A stretch of 64,000 bases of DNA from Eubacteriales bacterium (lineage in GTDB: Bacteria > Bacillota > Clostridia > Oscillospirales > CAG-272): the NCBI GenBank assembly GCA_045585835.1, contig JAZMZG010000017.1, positions 23,377-87,376 of the forward strand, read 5' to 3'. The notes under the pieces are model-generated. The model was not told where the DNA came from, did not search any database, and was given only the letters and a program-made list of their open reading frames with translations. The translations under genes were made by a program, and so were the position numbers. Shown in pieces: positions 1 through 9,174 of this stretch; position 1 is the stretch's first letter; each line of letters opens with the position of its first letter.

Positions 1-2869
1 TGATCCGCCCCGCAAGCTCCGTGATCCTTACATCCTCGGGCGCATATTCCAAAACACCCTCGTAAAGAGCAAGCATCAAGGCGCAAAAATTCCCGCTGTC
101 AACAGTTGAAACGTATGCTTTACCGAGAATTTTTTTGCTTGTAATATCGTACCAATTATAGAGATGGCCGTTCCATTTTTCAAGATTTTCTATGCTTGTT
201 ACGGTGTCCGATATACGCTCGTACATACTCTGCGTGCTTATAAAGCCGAAATCCCTTGCGCCGAGTACGCTTATGAGATAAAAGCCTATATTCGTCGGGG
301 ATGTACGCATCGCCACCTCTTTTTTTGGGGAAATACTCACGTTATCGGGCGGCAGAAAGCTTGTTTTTGCGTTAACAAAGCTTTCGTAAAATCGCCATAT
401 ATCCTTTGCCCAAGCTTTAAATTTCTCTTTATGGCGTAAGTGCTTTTTCTTTTCCTTGCTCTTGCCGGTGACGTATATAAAAACGGGAAAAAACACCCAC
501 AGCATACCTATTATTGCGGGGAAAATATTTCTTGAGAAAAACACCAACAACGCACCGAAAACGGCACTGTACATTCCTTTTGAAAGACAAAGATAAAAGC
601 CGTTTTTCGTCTTATCGGCATCTGCGGCGGTTATCCATTCAAGCGTGTTTTTATGCGAAAAATTCACTCTGTATATGCTTCTTGCACCTGCGGAAACGGC
701 GCATTGGGCTCCGTAAAACAAAGAGCACAGCTCAAAAAACACACGCATCAGCGCTCTGTATATTCCAACTGCCGCCCTTGAATAAAAGCGTCTTGTAAGC
801 AAGGACGCTCTGCTCGAAAACAAAACGCCGCAAAGTCCGTAAAATATCGGAAAAAGCGTATAGGATAAAGCTCCCAAAAGAAGTGCGTTTGCTTGCATAC
901 GTGGTAAAAATGCTGCTATAAAAACGCATATTACCGATACTACGGGAAGAAAATCTCTTCTCACACTATCGTATATTTTATACTTCGAAAGTGCGCTTAT
1001 CGGATTTTTTATAAGCTTTCCGTGCGCGTTTTTAACGTATCTTTGCGCAAAGCATAAAGCCTGCACGTCACCTCTTATCCATCTGTGGCTTCTTTTAAAA
1101 TACGATACCGCATTTGCGGGAACGCTGTCGTACAGCGACATATCACATATTAGTGCGCACCGAAGTCTTGCGCCCTCAAGTATATCGTGGCTAAGCACTA
1201 TATTCTCGGGAAAGGCATCGTCAAGAGTCAGTAAAAATGCATCGACGTCAAATATACCCTTGCCGCAGAATATACCCTCGGAAAAAAGCTCTTGATAGCT
1301 GTCATAACGTGCATTTTGATATACGTCAAGTCCTCCCGTTCCAGATATAATAAACGAAAACGGACTTTTTGAAACGGAATCGAGTACGGGTGACATTCTG
1401 GGTTGCATTATACCGTAACCGCTTGTTACTATCTTCCTTTTTGTATCTGTCACGGGGCGGTTTAATGGGTGAGCCATATATCCGACGAGCCTTTTTACGT
1501 CTCCCAAGGAAAGCAAGGTGTCGGAGTCAAGCGTAACCACGTATTTGATATTCTCAACACACAACGCATCGCCGTAAAAGGAAAGAGCGTCCGTATCACC
1601 TCTCAAAAACCGCGCAAGTTCAAGCACTGCGCCTCGTTTTCTCTCCCAACCCATATACTTGCCTTCGCTTACGCTATAGCTTCTTCCTCTGTATAAAAAG
1701 CAAAATCCGCCGCCGTATTTTAGGTTTAATGCCTCTATTCTGCCCTTTGCGTAATCAAGAAGCTTTTCGTCCGAGACGCCTTCTGCGCTATCGCTTTCGG
1801 GAAGGTCGGCAAGTATGCCGAAATATGCGTTTTTATCTCTGTTTGAAAGGTAAAAATCCTCTAAATTTTCAAAAACGGTTTCGTTTTTTTCGGAAAGTAA
1901 TGCCGTTGTGACGCAAAGCGTCTTACACTTATCGGGTATGCTCTCATATTCAAGAGAAAAAAGCGGCGTAGGCGTACAAAGTCTCGCACCGAGCATATCC
2001 GCGCCCTGCTTTCCGAGCTCGTATGCTGCGGGTAATATAAGCAGACACCAAAATGAGCAAAACGGAAAAAACATAGCCGAAAACAACAGTGAAAACGCCA
2101 CTGTGAAAATAAAGTATAAATATCGAAGCGGATTTTTTCTTTTTTCGAAAAGCTTATATCCGACGTGTCTTTTTATATCCGATTTTTCCTTTTTTGCGGA
2201 CTTTATCAGCTTCTTTACGTAATCCGTTTCGCTTATGCCGAGCTTTCTCGCCTTTTTGCCTATACGCTCTCTGTAAAGCCTTCTCGTAGCGGGCGAAAGT
2301 AAAAAATAATCCTCGTCACCGTATTCAAGTAAAAGCTTTTCCGCCTCACTTACTTTATCGGCTATTTTCTCCGTATCGTAGTTATTGCTTTCCCTTAAAC
2401 CGTTTATGCAATATTCAAGCTCTGCGCACAATGACTTTGACATACAAAAAACGCTGTCGTTTGCCTCGCAGTTCATTTTTTCGCATACCCTTGAGAGCTT
2501 ATTTATAAGTGCAAGCTTTAAAAAGAAATTGAAACTGTAAAGCTCTGCACCTTCAAGCGACCCTGTTGCCAAAAAAGCACTTATGTTCTCTGCGTCAACC
2601 GTGCGTCTTTCCGAAACGAAGCTTTCGGCATAGGTCAATACTCTTGCCTTACCTGACTTGCTCGGCAGCTTCTCAAGCTCGGAAAATCCCGCTTTCATCG
2701 CTCGGTATTCCCTATCTATAACGTAAAAGTTATCACATATCCAAGATGCCGCAGTTCCGAAAAAGCCGCCTTTTTCAAGTGCGCGGTTCGCCCTTTTAAA
2801 GCAAGCTTCTATCTTGGCGTAATTCTCACAAAGCTCTCTTTTTAATTTACGATGACCGACGTATTCCAT
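1..2869 (-). CDS. Cyclic beta-1,2-glucan synthase-like membrane glycosyltransferase (GT84-type); N-terminal ~956 aa, C-terminus lies beyond the left window edge
   Basis: Absent from the ORF track because there is no stop in the window. The reverse frame is open from ATG at 2869-2867 (GGAGG 5 nt upstream) to position 2. The frame is consistent at 931 ((2869-931)/3 is an integer). My translation is MEYVGHRKLKRELCENYAKIEACF... It has hydrophobic TM stretches and the motifs VVTLDSDT, GIMQPR, GKGIFDVDAF, LSHDILEG, SHRWIRGDVQ, then SPTNIGFYL and VSTVDSGNF. Confidence 0.75.
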   Translation of the reverse strand, partial: MEYVGHRKLKRELCENYAKIEACFKRANRALEKGGFFGTAASWICDNFYVIDREYRAMKAGFSELEKLPSKSGKARVLTYAESFVSERRTVDAENISAFLATGSLEGAELYSFNFFLKLALINKLSRVCEKMNCEANDSVFCMSKSLCAELEYCINGLRESNNYDTEKIADKVSEAEKLLLEYGDEDYFLLSPATRRLYRERIGKKARKLGISETDYVKKLIKSAKKEKSDIKRHVGYKLFEKRKNPLRYLYFIFTVAFSLLFSAMFFPFCSFWCLLILPAAYELGKQGADMLGARLCTPTPLFSLEYESIPDKCKTLCVTTALLSEKNETVFENLEDFYLSNRDKNAYFGILADLPESDSAEGVSDEKLLDYAKGRIEALNLKYGGGFCFLYRGRSYSVSEGKYMGWERKRGAVLELARFLRGDTDALSFYGDALCVENIKYVVTLDSDTLLSLGDVKRLVGYMAHPLNRPVTDTKRKIVTSGYGIMQPRMSPVLDSVSKSPFSFIISGTGGLDVYQNARYDSYQELFSEGIFCGKGIFDVDAFLLTLDDAFPENIVLSHDILEGARLRCALICDMSLYDSVPANAVSYFKRSHRWIRGDVQALCFAQRYVKNAHGKLIKNPISALSKYKIYDSVRRDFLPVVSVICVFIAAFLPRMQANALLLGALSYTLFPIFYGLCGVLFSSRASLLTRRFYSRAAVGIYRALMRVFFELCSLFYGAQCAVSAGARSIYRVNFSHKNTLEWITAADADKTKNGFYLCLSKGMYSAVFGALLVFFSRNIFPAIIGMLWVFFPVFIYVTGKSKEKKKHLRHKEKFKAWAKDIWRFYESFVNAKTSFLPPDNVSISPKKEVAMRTSPTNIGFYLISVLGARDFGFISTQSMYERISDTVTSIENLEKWNGHLYNWYDITSKKILGKAYVSTVDSGNFCALMLALYEGVLEYAPEDVRITELAGRI

Positions 2870-2925
2870 AGAAACCTCCGTAATTTATAAGGCTTCTTTT
2901 ATTGTCGCCCATATTGTAAAATATA

Positions 2926-2966
2926 TACAAAAAGAAAAGCTCGGCGGTGATTTTCTCCGCCGAGCT
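2926..2966 (-). terminator. Rho-independent terminator downstream of the FTR-like gene
   Basis: Stem agctcggcgg / ccgccgagct (2938-2947 / 2957-2966), followed on the minus strand by ttttctttttg. Confidence 0.6.
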
Positions 2967-2971
2967 ATCGT

Positions 2972-3172
2972 TTATTTTTCTTTGTAGTAAAGCATACAGT
3001 GGCAATATCCTTCGAAATTCGGGTCCGCTATATGTGCCTTGAACTCATCGCAAATACATTTATATTCGGGTTTTTTCTCAAGTCGGCACGGACAGTATCC
3101 ACCCGTGCGTACAAGTCCCTCTTTTATGTGCGCAACGACTGCTTCGTTTTCGTTGAGTCTTACCTTTCCCAT
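2972..3172 (-). CDS. Small ferredoxin-thioredoxin-reductase catalytic-subunit-like Cys-rich protein (66 aa)
   Basis: ORF MGKVRLNENEAVVAHIKEGLVRTGGYCPCRLEKKPEYKCICDEFKAHIADPNFEGYCHCMLYYKEK. The CPC...C.C...CHC cysteine pattern is typical of the FTR catalytic chain. Confidence 0.7.
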   Translation of the reverse strand: MGKVRLNENEAVVAHIKEGLVRTGGYCPCRLEKKPEYKCICDEFKAHIADPNFEGYCHCMLYYKEK

Positions 3173-3254
3173 ACGTTCCTCCTTTGTGAAATCTTCCGTT
3201 ATGAGCCCATTTTATCACCATACCGAAGCTATGTCAATAACTCGGAAATTACTA

Positions 3255-3283
3255 TTGACATTTATATTTTTATGTGATAAAAT
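3255..3283 (+). promoter_or_regulatory. Sigma-A type promoter for the T-box/trpB transcript
   Basis: TTGACA (3255-3260), 17-nt spacer ending in tgtga (TRTG extended -10), TAAAAT (3278-3283). Confidence 0.6.
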
Positions 3284-3290
3284 CATCTAA

Positions 3291-3553
3291 ACCGTTGATG
3301 AAGGATAGTACCCGAGAAAACAGCTCAAAGAGAGCCGCAGGCGGTGTAATTGCGGCAGCGAACGATTTTCGGTAAATGGGCTTCGGAGGGCAACGCGAAA
3401 GCTAAAGCAAGTAGCCGTTGACGTATTTGCGCCACGTAAGATGCGCAGGCATATTATTACAGTATGCGCCGAGAGGATGCGAAAGCATCAATTTGGGTGG
3501 TATCGCGGAAGAAATTTCGTCCCAAGTATGAGTTATCGTACTTGGGATTTTTT
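3291..3553 (+). promoter_or_regulatory. T-box leader RNA (probable tryptophan UGG specifier) with intrinsic terminator
   Basis: Stem I elements are ttgatgaagg (K-turn-like), AGAGAG and GGTGTAA. The candidate specifier is aaaUGGg. The conserved T-box is AATTTGGGTGGTATCGCGG (3490-3508). The terminator is cccaagtat...gtacttggg + TTTTTT (3521-3553). It lies directly upstream of a Trp-related gene. Confidence 0.85.
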
Positions 3554-3586
3554 GTTCTCTTGGAGCAAAACAGAAAGGATACGGAA

Positions 3587-4957
3587 ATGAAAAAAGAAAT
3601 CCCCTACAAAATCTATCTTGAAGAAAACGAGTTGCCTACGGCTTGGTATAACGTAAGAGCCGATATGGAGAAAAAACCCGCTCCGCTTCTTGACCCGCAA
3701 ACCGGAAAACCTATAACTTTGGAGGCTCTTTCTAAAGTTTTTTGCACGGAGCTTGCCGCCCAAGAGCTTAACGAAACGGATAGATTTATTCCTATTCCCA
3801 AGGAAATAATCGACTTTTACAAGATGTACAGACCCGCTCCCCTTATAAGAGCGTACTGCCTTGAGAAAAAGCTCGGAACCCCCGCCCACATCTATTATAA
3901 ATTCGAGGGCAACAACACCAGCGGAAGCCATAAGTTAAACTCTGCTATTGCACAGGCATACTATGCAAAGCAGCAAGGTCTTACCGGCGTTACTACCGAA
4001 ACGGGCGCAGGTCAATGGGGCACGGCGCTTTCAATGGCGTGCTCGTATTTCGGACTCGACTGCAAGGTATATATGGTAAAATGCTCCTACGAGCAAAAGC
4101 CTTTCAGACGTGAAGTAATGCGCACCTACGGCGCATCCGTCACTCCCTCTCCCTCAATGGAGACGGAAATCGGTAAAAAGATAAACGCAGAATTTCCCGG
4201 TACCGTCGGAAGTCTCGGTTGTGCAATATCCGAAGCGGTCGAAGCCGCAACTACAAGAGAAGGCTACAGATACGTACTCGGAAGCGTACTTAACCAAGTC
4301 ACTCTTCATCAGAGCGTAATCGGTCTTGAAACAAAGGCGGCGCTTGACAAATACGGCGTAAAGGCAGACATCGTCATCGGCTGTGCAGGCGGCGGCTCAA
4401 ACCTTGGCGGTCTTATCGCCCCCTTTATGGGCGAAAAGCTCAGAGGGGAGCGTGATTACAAGTTTATAGCGGTCGAGCCCGCAAGCTGTCCCACGCTTAC
4501 AAGAGGCGCTTACGCATACGACTATTGCGATACGGGCAGAGTTTGTCCCCTTGCAAAGATGTATACTCTCGGAAGCGGCTTTATGCCCGCCGCAACTCAC
4601 GCAGGCGGTCTTCGCTATCACGGTATGAACTCCGTTTTGTCCGAGCTTTACGACCAAGGACTTATGGAAGCAAGAAGCGTAAAGCAGACCGAAGTTTTCG
4701 AAGCGGCTGAATATTTTGCGAGAATCGAGGGTATCCTCCCCGCTCCCGAAAGCTCTCACGCTATAAGAGTTGCCATTGACGAGGCACTCAAATGCAAGAA
4801 AACGGGTGAAGAAAAGGTCATCGTATTCGGACTTACGGGAACGGGATATTTCGATATGATGAGCTACGAAAAGTTCCACGACGGAAAGATGGTCGACTAC
4901 GCTCCCACGGATAATGAAATAGAGCTTGCTTTGGCAAAGCTCCCAAAAATCGACTGA
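3587..4957 (+). CDS. trpB: TrpB2-type tryptophan synthase beta-like PLP enzyme (stand-alone)
   Basis: Start taken at MKKEIPYKIYLEENELPTAWYNV (ATG 3587). The track start at 3464 would lie inside the T-box. Diagnostic sequence includes ...KFEGNNTSGSHKLNSAI...TETGAGQWGTALS...GCAGGGSNLGG. Confidence 0.85.
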   Translation: MKKEIPYKIYLEENELPTAWYNVRADMEKKPAPLLDPQTGKPITLEALSKVFCTELAAQELNETDRFIPIPKEIIDFYKMYRPAPLIRAYCLEKKLGTPAHIYYKFEGNNTSGSHKLNSAIAQAYYAKQQGLTGVTTETGAGQWGTALSMACSYFGLDCKVYMVKCSYEQKPFRREVMRTYGASVTPSPSMETEIGKKINAEFPGTVGSLGCAISEAVEAATTREGYRYVLGSVLNQVTLHQSVIGLETKAALDKYGVKADIVIGCAGGGSNLGGLIAPFMGEKLRGERDYKFIAVEPASCPTLTRGAYAYDYCDTGRVCPLAKMYTLGSGFMPAATHAGGLRYHGMNSVLSELYDQGLMEARSVKQTEVFEAAEYFARIEGILPAPESSHAIRVAIDEALKCKKTGEEKVIVFGLTGTGYFDMMSYEKFHDGKMVDYAPTDNEIELALAKLPKID

Positions 4958-4963
4958 TATAAA

Positions 4964-5008
4964 GAAAAAATATTGCCCTACGCGGTTTGCGTAGGGCAAT
5001 ATTTTTAT
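4964..5008. terminator. Bidirectional terminator between convergent trpB and serpin genes
   Basis: aatattgccctacgc ggtt gcgtagggcaatatt, flanked by an A-run and a T-run. Confidence 0.7.
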
Positions 5009-6111
5009 TCAACGTGCCTTATAATTCCCGCAAGAAGCGGTGCGCCTGTATCTTTATCAACTACCGCATACAAAAACGGACGGTTGAGTACAACTGTCTT
5101 CGGGTCGTCCTCGTCAACGCTTGAGCTTACGTTTGAAGTGGTAACGGATGTGCCCTCCGTACCGTTTTCGCACACGCTGAAAGATACGGTTTCAAAATAA
5201 TATTCCACTTCTTCCTCGGATATCATCGGGAGCTTTAAGTCATCGGTAACTTCAACTGCCTGTGTTGCCGTAAATTTGGGTATGCGCGTGTTTACCGCAG
5301 TAAAGCGAGGTGAGGTGACCGAGTTCATAAATTCATCTGCATCAAGTCCTCTTATGTATTCGTCTATGCTCATATCCTCGGGCGGAAGCAAAGCCACAAA
5401 ATCAAAATCTCCGCCTCTGTAGCTCTTTCTTACGCCGTATCCGCCGTCACATTCAACATAATAACTTTCAAAGGAACAAAGATATTTTACCTTTTGTTCT
5501 TTGCCGAAATTATCGGTGAAAATGCCGTCCTTGACATTTTCGCTCTTATATTGCTTTGCCCATTTTCCCGTAAAACCCATTGATGAAATTACTGCGTGGT
5601 TCGGAGAAAGCTCCTTATCACTCGTAGCAAAAACACCGCTTACCGCACTTGACGTTACGTTCTTTATGTATTGGTTTATCCTGCTTATATTCGGTGTTTC
5701 GGGATCCGTCATAAATACCGTTGCGCTCGGGTAAAGCGAATATCCCGAAAAAAGCTCCTCTTTAAGCACTCTGTCGTTTTTTATGTAAAACGCATAGGCG
5801 GGCGTGATAAAGCTGTCCTCGGAATACGTAAGATTTTCGATATACGAGGTAAGCACGTCCATCTGCTCTTTACTCTTTTCGGAAAAAAGAGTGTAATCCG
5901 TTATCGGTGACGTCACAAAATTGCCTTGCGGCTGTTTCTTTAATGCTTCAAACGCAAGCTCCGTAAGCTCCAAACCGAGCATTTTTTTGTCTTCAAGAAA
6001 AAGGCGCATTTTCGAGCTTTCGAAGTTTACGGTAAACGTATCGCTTTCTTTGCACCCCGCAAATGCAAGGCAAATTATAACGGCAAATGCCGAAAGTAAT
6101 ATCTTTTTCAT
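5005..6111 (-). CDS. Serpin-family (serine protease inhibitor) lipoprotein
   Basis: Signal peptide with lipobox MKKILLSAFAVIICLAFAGC. C-terminal serpin signature: hinge/reactive-centre-like ENGTEGTSVTTSNVSSS followed by VVLNRPFLYAVVDKDTGAPLLAGII. Confidence 0.7.
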   Translation of the reverse strand: MKKILLSAFAVIICLAFAGCKESDTFTVNFESSKMRLFLEDKKMLGLELTELAFEALKKQPQGNFVTSPITDYTLFSEKSKEQMDVLTSYIENLTYSEDSFITPAYAFYIKNDRVLKEELFSGYSLYPSATVFMTDPETPNISRINQYIKNVTSSAVSGVFATSDKELSPNHAVISSMGFTGKWAKQYKSENVKDGIFTDNFGKEQKVKYLCSFESYYVECDGGYGVRKSYRGGDFDFVALLPPEDMSIDEYIRGLDADEFMNSVTSPRFTAVNTRIPKFTATQAVEVTDDLKLPMISEEEVEYYFETVSFSVCENGTEGTSVTTSNVSSSVDEDDPKTVVLNRPFLYAVVDKDTGAPLLAGIIRHVE

Positions 6112-6127
6112 ATTTCCTCTGCTTTTA

Positions 6128-6158
6128 AATAAATCCCGTGCTGAGCACGGGATTTTTG
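6128..6158 (-). terminator. Terminator after the yabP-yabQ-divIC operon
   Basis: Hairpin aaatcccgtgct/gagcacgggattt (6131-6155). Confidence 0.55.
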
Positions 6159-6162
6159 TTTA

Positions 6163-6438
6163 TCAGTCTGTAATGTCGTTGTAAATTATTTCTTCGGCGG
6201 GATCATAGTATCCGAGAGTGTCTCTGACGTGCTCTCTTATCACTTCCTCGTCACCGCTTTTAAGCCTTGCGTTTTTATCTTTCGCATACTCGACCTTATC
6301 CTCATAGTACTCGATCTGACGAGCAAGTCTTTGCGATTCGGACTGTATCTTCTTGATGTCGATCTGCGTTTTGAAAATAGGAACGGATACAAAAAGCACG
6401 AGCGACAAAAATGCTATTTTAATGGCAATTGACTTCAT
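6163..6438 (-). CDS. divIC: Septum formation initiator (DivIC/FtsB family)
   Basis: 91 aa with an N-terminal TM followed by a coiled coil (QIDIKKIQSESQRLARQIEYYEDKVEYAKDKNARL). ATGA overlap with yabQ. Conserved yabP-yabQ-divIC order. Confidence 0.75.
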   Translation of the reverse strand: MKSIAIKIAFLSLVLFVSVPIFKTQIDIKKIQSESQRLARQIEYYEDKVEYAKDKNARLKSGDEEVIREHVRDTLGYYDPAEEIIYNDITD

Positions 6439-6977
6439 AGCTTTACGTATTCCTCCTTACCTTCAAAATTAAAACACTTTTCCTTTTTAATATACAAGTA
6501 TATTATATCTCTTTTTTTTGAAAAAATAAAGAGGTATTTTAACATTTTTGTACGAATCATTATTTTGCACAAAATCGATTTGAAAATTTTGGCGATAAGT
6601 GATAGAAAAAACAGTATAGGACGGCGAAAAATCTTTAAAATATTCCAAAACAGTCCGTATATGAATAAAATCAGCTTTTCATAAACGGAAAGGGTAATGA
6701 ATGAAAGCGTTTTTCTCCAAACCGAAAAACCCAAAAGTGCGCCCGCAAACGAAAATAAGCGGGGCACTCCGAGATTTGCGGAAAATATGAATACGAAATA
6801 TATAAAACCGGATAAAAAGCAAAACGCCGTGTCTTCAATAAAAACTACCCACGCCGGTGTCTTGGGAAAAAGCCTCCTTAACAATACGAAAAAGTCGTAT
6901 AAAGCTGAAATCACCGCACCGATGATGATGGAATATATCAAGAATACAAGCTGTTCTTTGGCGTCGGCTCTATGCAT
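6435..6977 (-). CDS. yabQ: Spore cortex biosynthesis protein YabQ
   Basis: Multi-TM 180-aa protein (QLVFLIYSIIIGAVISALYDFFVLLRRLFP...) immediately downstream of yabP. Confidence 0.7.
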   Translation of the reverse strand: MHRADAKEQLVFLIYSIIIGAVISALYDFFVLLRRLFPKTPAWVVFIEDTAFCFLSGFIYFVFIFSANLGVPRLFSFAGALLGFSVWRKTLSFITLSVYEKLILFIYGLFWNILKIFRRPILFFLSLIAKIFKSILCKIMIRTKMLKYLFIFSKKRDIIYLYIKKEKCFNFEGKEEYVKL

Positions 6978-7238
6978 CTACTTAAATATCCTCGAAAAAA
7001 ATCCTTTGCCGCTCTCGTTTTGTACTTTCGTATACTGCATACCGATTATCTGCCCGCTTGCGCCTATCTTACCGTCCGAAACGGATAGGTCGCTTACGCA
7101 AAGCTCCCTTCCCTCTATCGTGAGTCTGCCCTCGGTCGTATCAAGCACGAGGCTTTCGCTGTCAAAGCCGACGACGTTTGTAACGCCGCCTATTTCTACC
7201 GTATTTCTCGCTCTCATATTAACATAGTGTTCAGTCAT
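6978..7238 (-). CDS. yabP: Sporulation protein YabP
   Basis: MTEHYVNMRARNTVEIGGVTNVVGFDSESLVLDTTEGRLTIEGRELCVSDLSVSDGKIGASGQIIGMQY. Start moved to ATG 7238, which has GGAGGTG 8 nt upstream. The track start at 7247 is a GTG inside that RBS. Confidence 0.8.
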   Translation of the reverse strand: MTEHYVNMRARNTVEIGGVTNVVGFDSESLVLDTTEGRLTIEGRELCVSDLSVSDGKIGASGQIIGMQYTKVQNESGKGFFSRIFK

Positions 7239-7294
7239 AATACGCACCTCCGAGAAATTCTATTATTAAAATTAAAAAAATATGAAAAAATATA

Positions 7295-7323
7295 TTGCAT
7301 AAAGAAAAAAAATGTGATATAAT
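7295..7323 (+). promoter_or_regulatory. Sigma-A promoter of rpsB-tsf
   Basis: TTGCAT, 17-nt spacer ending in tgtga, TATAAT (7318-7323). This leaves a ~135-nt leader before rpsB. Confidence 0.55.
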
Positions 7324-7461
7324 CTGTCGGTAAATGTGCTTTGATACGGCACAGAATACACACGCATACTTCAAATTTGTCTTTCGGGTCGTTTCCGAAT
7401 GCGGAAATGCGAATGCAAAAAAGGGAGATGCGGAGGAATAAAACCAAAGGAGGACATAAAA

Positions 7462-8202
7462 ATGTCAAACGTAGTATCAATGAAGCAATTTCTCGAAGCA
7501 GGTGTTCACTTCGGACACCAAACAAGAAGATGGAATCCCAAGATGGCAGAGTATATCTTTGCTGAAAGAAGCGGTATTCACATCATCGACCTCCAGAAGA
7601 CCGTAAAGAAGACCGAAGAAGCTTATATGTTTGTTCGTGACATCGTTCTTCAGGGCGGCAACGTAATGTTCGTAGGAACGAAGAAGCAGGCTCAGGACAC
7701 TATCAAAGAAGAAGCCGAAAGATGCGGTATGTTCTATGTAAACAACCGTTGGCCCGGCGGTATGCTCACCAACTTCAAGACCATCAAGAAGAGCCTCACA
7801 AGACTTAACAAGCTCTACGAGATGAGAGATGACGGAACGTTCGACCTTCTCACAAAGAAGGAAGTAAGCGCTCTTTCCAAGGAGATCGCTGACCTTGAGA
7901 AGAACCTCGGCGGTATTAAGAATATGTCCGAGCTTCCCGCTGTACTCTTTATCGTTGACACACACAAAGAACACAACGCAGTTTTGGAAGCACGCAAGCT
8001 CGGTATCCCCGTAGTTGCCGTAGTTGACACAAACTGCGATCCCGACGATGCAGATTACGTTATCCCCGGTAACGATGACGCTATCCGCGCTATCAAGCTT
8101 ATCGCTTCCATCATCGCAAACGCTGTATTGGAAGGCAAGCAGGGCGAACAGATCGAAGTTTCCGACGAGGAAGCAGTTGAAGCTGAAGAAGTAAACGAAT
8201 AA
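7462..8202 (+). CDS. rpsB: 30S ribosomal protein S2
   Basis: [33 protein letters not shown]... AGGAGG lies 8 nt upstream of ATG 7462. The track ORF start at 7399 is an in-frame upstream extension. Confidence 0.95.
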   Translation: MSNVVSMKQFLEAGVHFGHQTRRWNPKMAEYIFAERSGIHIIDLQKTVKKTEEAYMFVRDIVLQGGNVMFVGTKKQAQDTIKEEAERCGMFYVNNRWPGGMLTNFKTIKKSLTRLNKLYEMRDDGTFDLLTKKEVSALSKEIADLEKNLGGIKNMSELPAVLFIVDTHKEHNAVLEARKLGIPVVAVVDTNCDPDDADYVIPGNDDAIRAIKLIASIIANAVLEGKQGEQIEVSDEEAVEAEEVNE

Positions 8203-8223
8203 TCAAGATAAGGAGATATTAAG

Positions 8224-9165
8224 ATGGCTGAAATTACCGCTCAAGCAGTCAAAACTCTTCGTGAGAAAACAGGCTGCGGAATGATGGAGTGCAAAAAGGC
8301 ACTCGTTGAAACTAACGGCGACTTTGACGAAGCTGTAAAGGTACTTCGCGAGAAGGGTCTTGCAGTAGCTGCTAAAAAGGCTGACAGAATCGCTGCAGAA
8401 GGTATCGTTGACGTTGCTAAATGCGAAGCTTGCGGAAAGACCGCAATGATCGAAGTTAACGCAGAAACAGACTTCGTTGCAAAGAATGCAGAATTCCAAG
8501 CATTTGTTAAGGGTTGCCTTAACACTATCCTCAAGAACTCTCCCAAGACGGTTGAAGAACTCCTTGCATTGAATTACGAGGATACTGAATTCACTGTTGA
8601 AGCTACACTTAAAGAGAAGATCCTCACCATCGGTGAGAATATGAGCATCCGCCGTTTCGTTCTCGTTGAAGGCACAACGGGCGTATACATTCACGGCAAG
8701 GGCTCTATCGGCGTAGTAACTCTCGGTAAGGCTGACGCTGACGTTGCCGCAAAGCCCGAATACGCTGAAATGCTCCGTAACGTTGCTATGCACGTTGCAG
8801 GCACGGACGTTCCTCCCTCCTACCTCGCAAAAGAGGACGTTCCCGCAGAAGCTATCAACGCTGAAAAGGATATTCTTATCGCTCAGATAAAGAACGATCC
8901 CGCAAACGCAAAGAAGCCCGATCAAATCATCGAAAAGATGGTTACCGGACGTCTTGGCAAGTACTACTCTGCAAACTGCCTCTTGGAGCAGGAATACGTT
9001 AAGGACGACTCTATGAGCGTTGGCAAGTACATCGCAAGCGTTGCAAAAGAGATCGGTAACTGCGAAGTTGTTGCTTTCTACCGTTTTGAGAAGGGTGAAG
9101 GCATCCAAAAGCGCGAAGAAGATTTCGCAGCTGAAATTGCAAAGCTCGCAGGCGGAAACAACTAA
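8224..9165 (+). CDS. tsf: Translation elongation factor Ts
   Basis: MAEITAQAVKTLREKTGCGMMECKKALVETNGDFDEAVKVLREKG... Canonical rpsB-tsf pairing. Confidence 0.95.
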   Translation: MAEITAQAVKTLREKTGCGMMECKKALVETNGDFDEAVKVLREKGLAVAAKKADRIAAEGIVDVAKCEACGKTAMIEVNAETDFVAKNAEFQAFVKGCLNTILKNSPKTVEELLALNYEDTEFTVEATLKEKILTIGENMSIRRFVLVEGTTGVYIHGKGSIGVVTLGKADADVAAKPEYAEMLRNVAMHVAGTDVPPSYLAKEDVPAEAINAEKDILIAQIKNDPANAKKPDQIIEKMVTGRLGKYYSANCLLEQEYVKDDSMSVGKYIASVAKEIGNCEVVAFYRFEKGEGIQKREEDFAAEIAKLAGGNN

Positions 9166-9174
9166 TTTAAAGCC

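Noticed and set aside
3464-3586. N-terminal extension of the trpB ORF given in the track
   Set aside because: The extension overlaps the T-box 14-mer and its terminator. The conserved protein begins at MKKEIPYKIY (3587).
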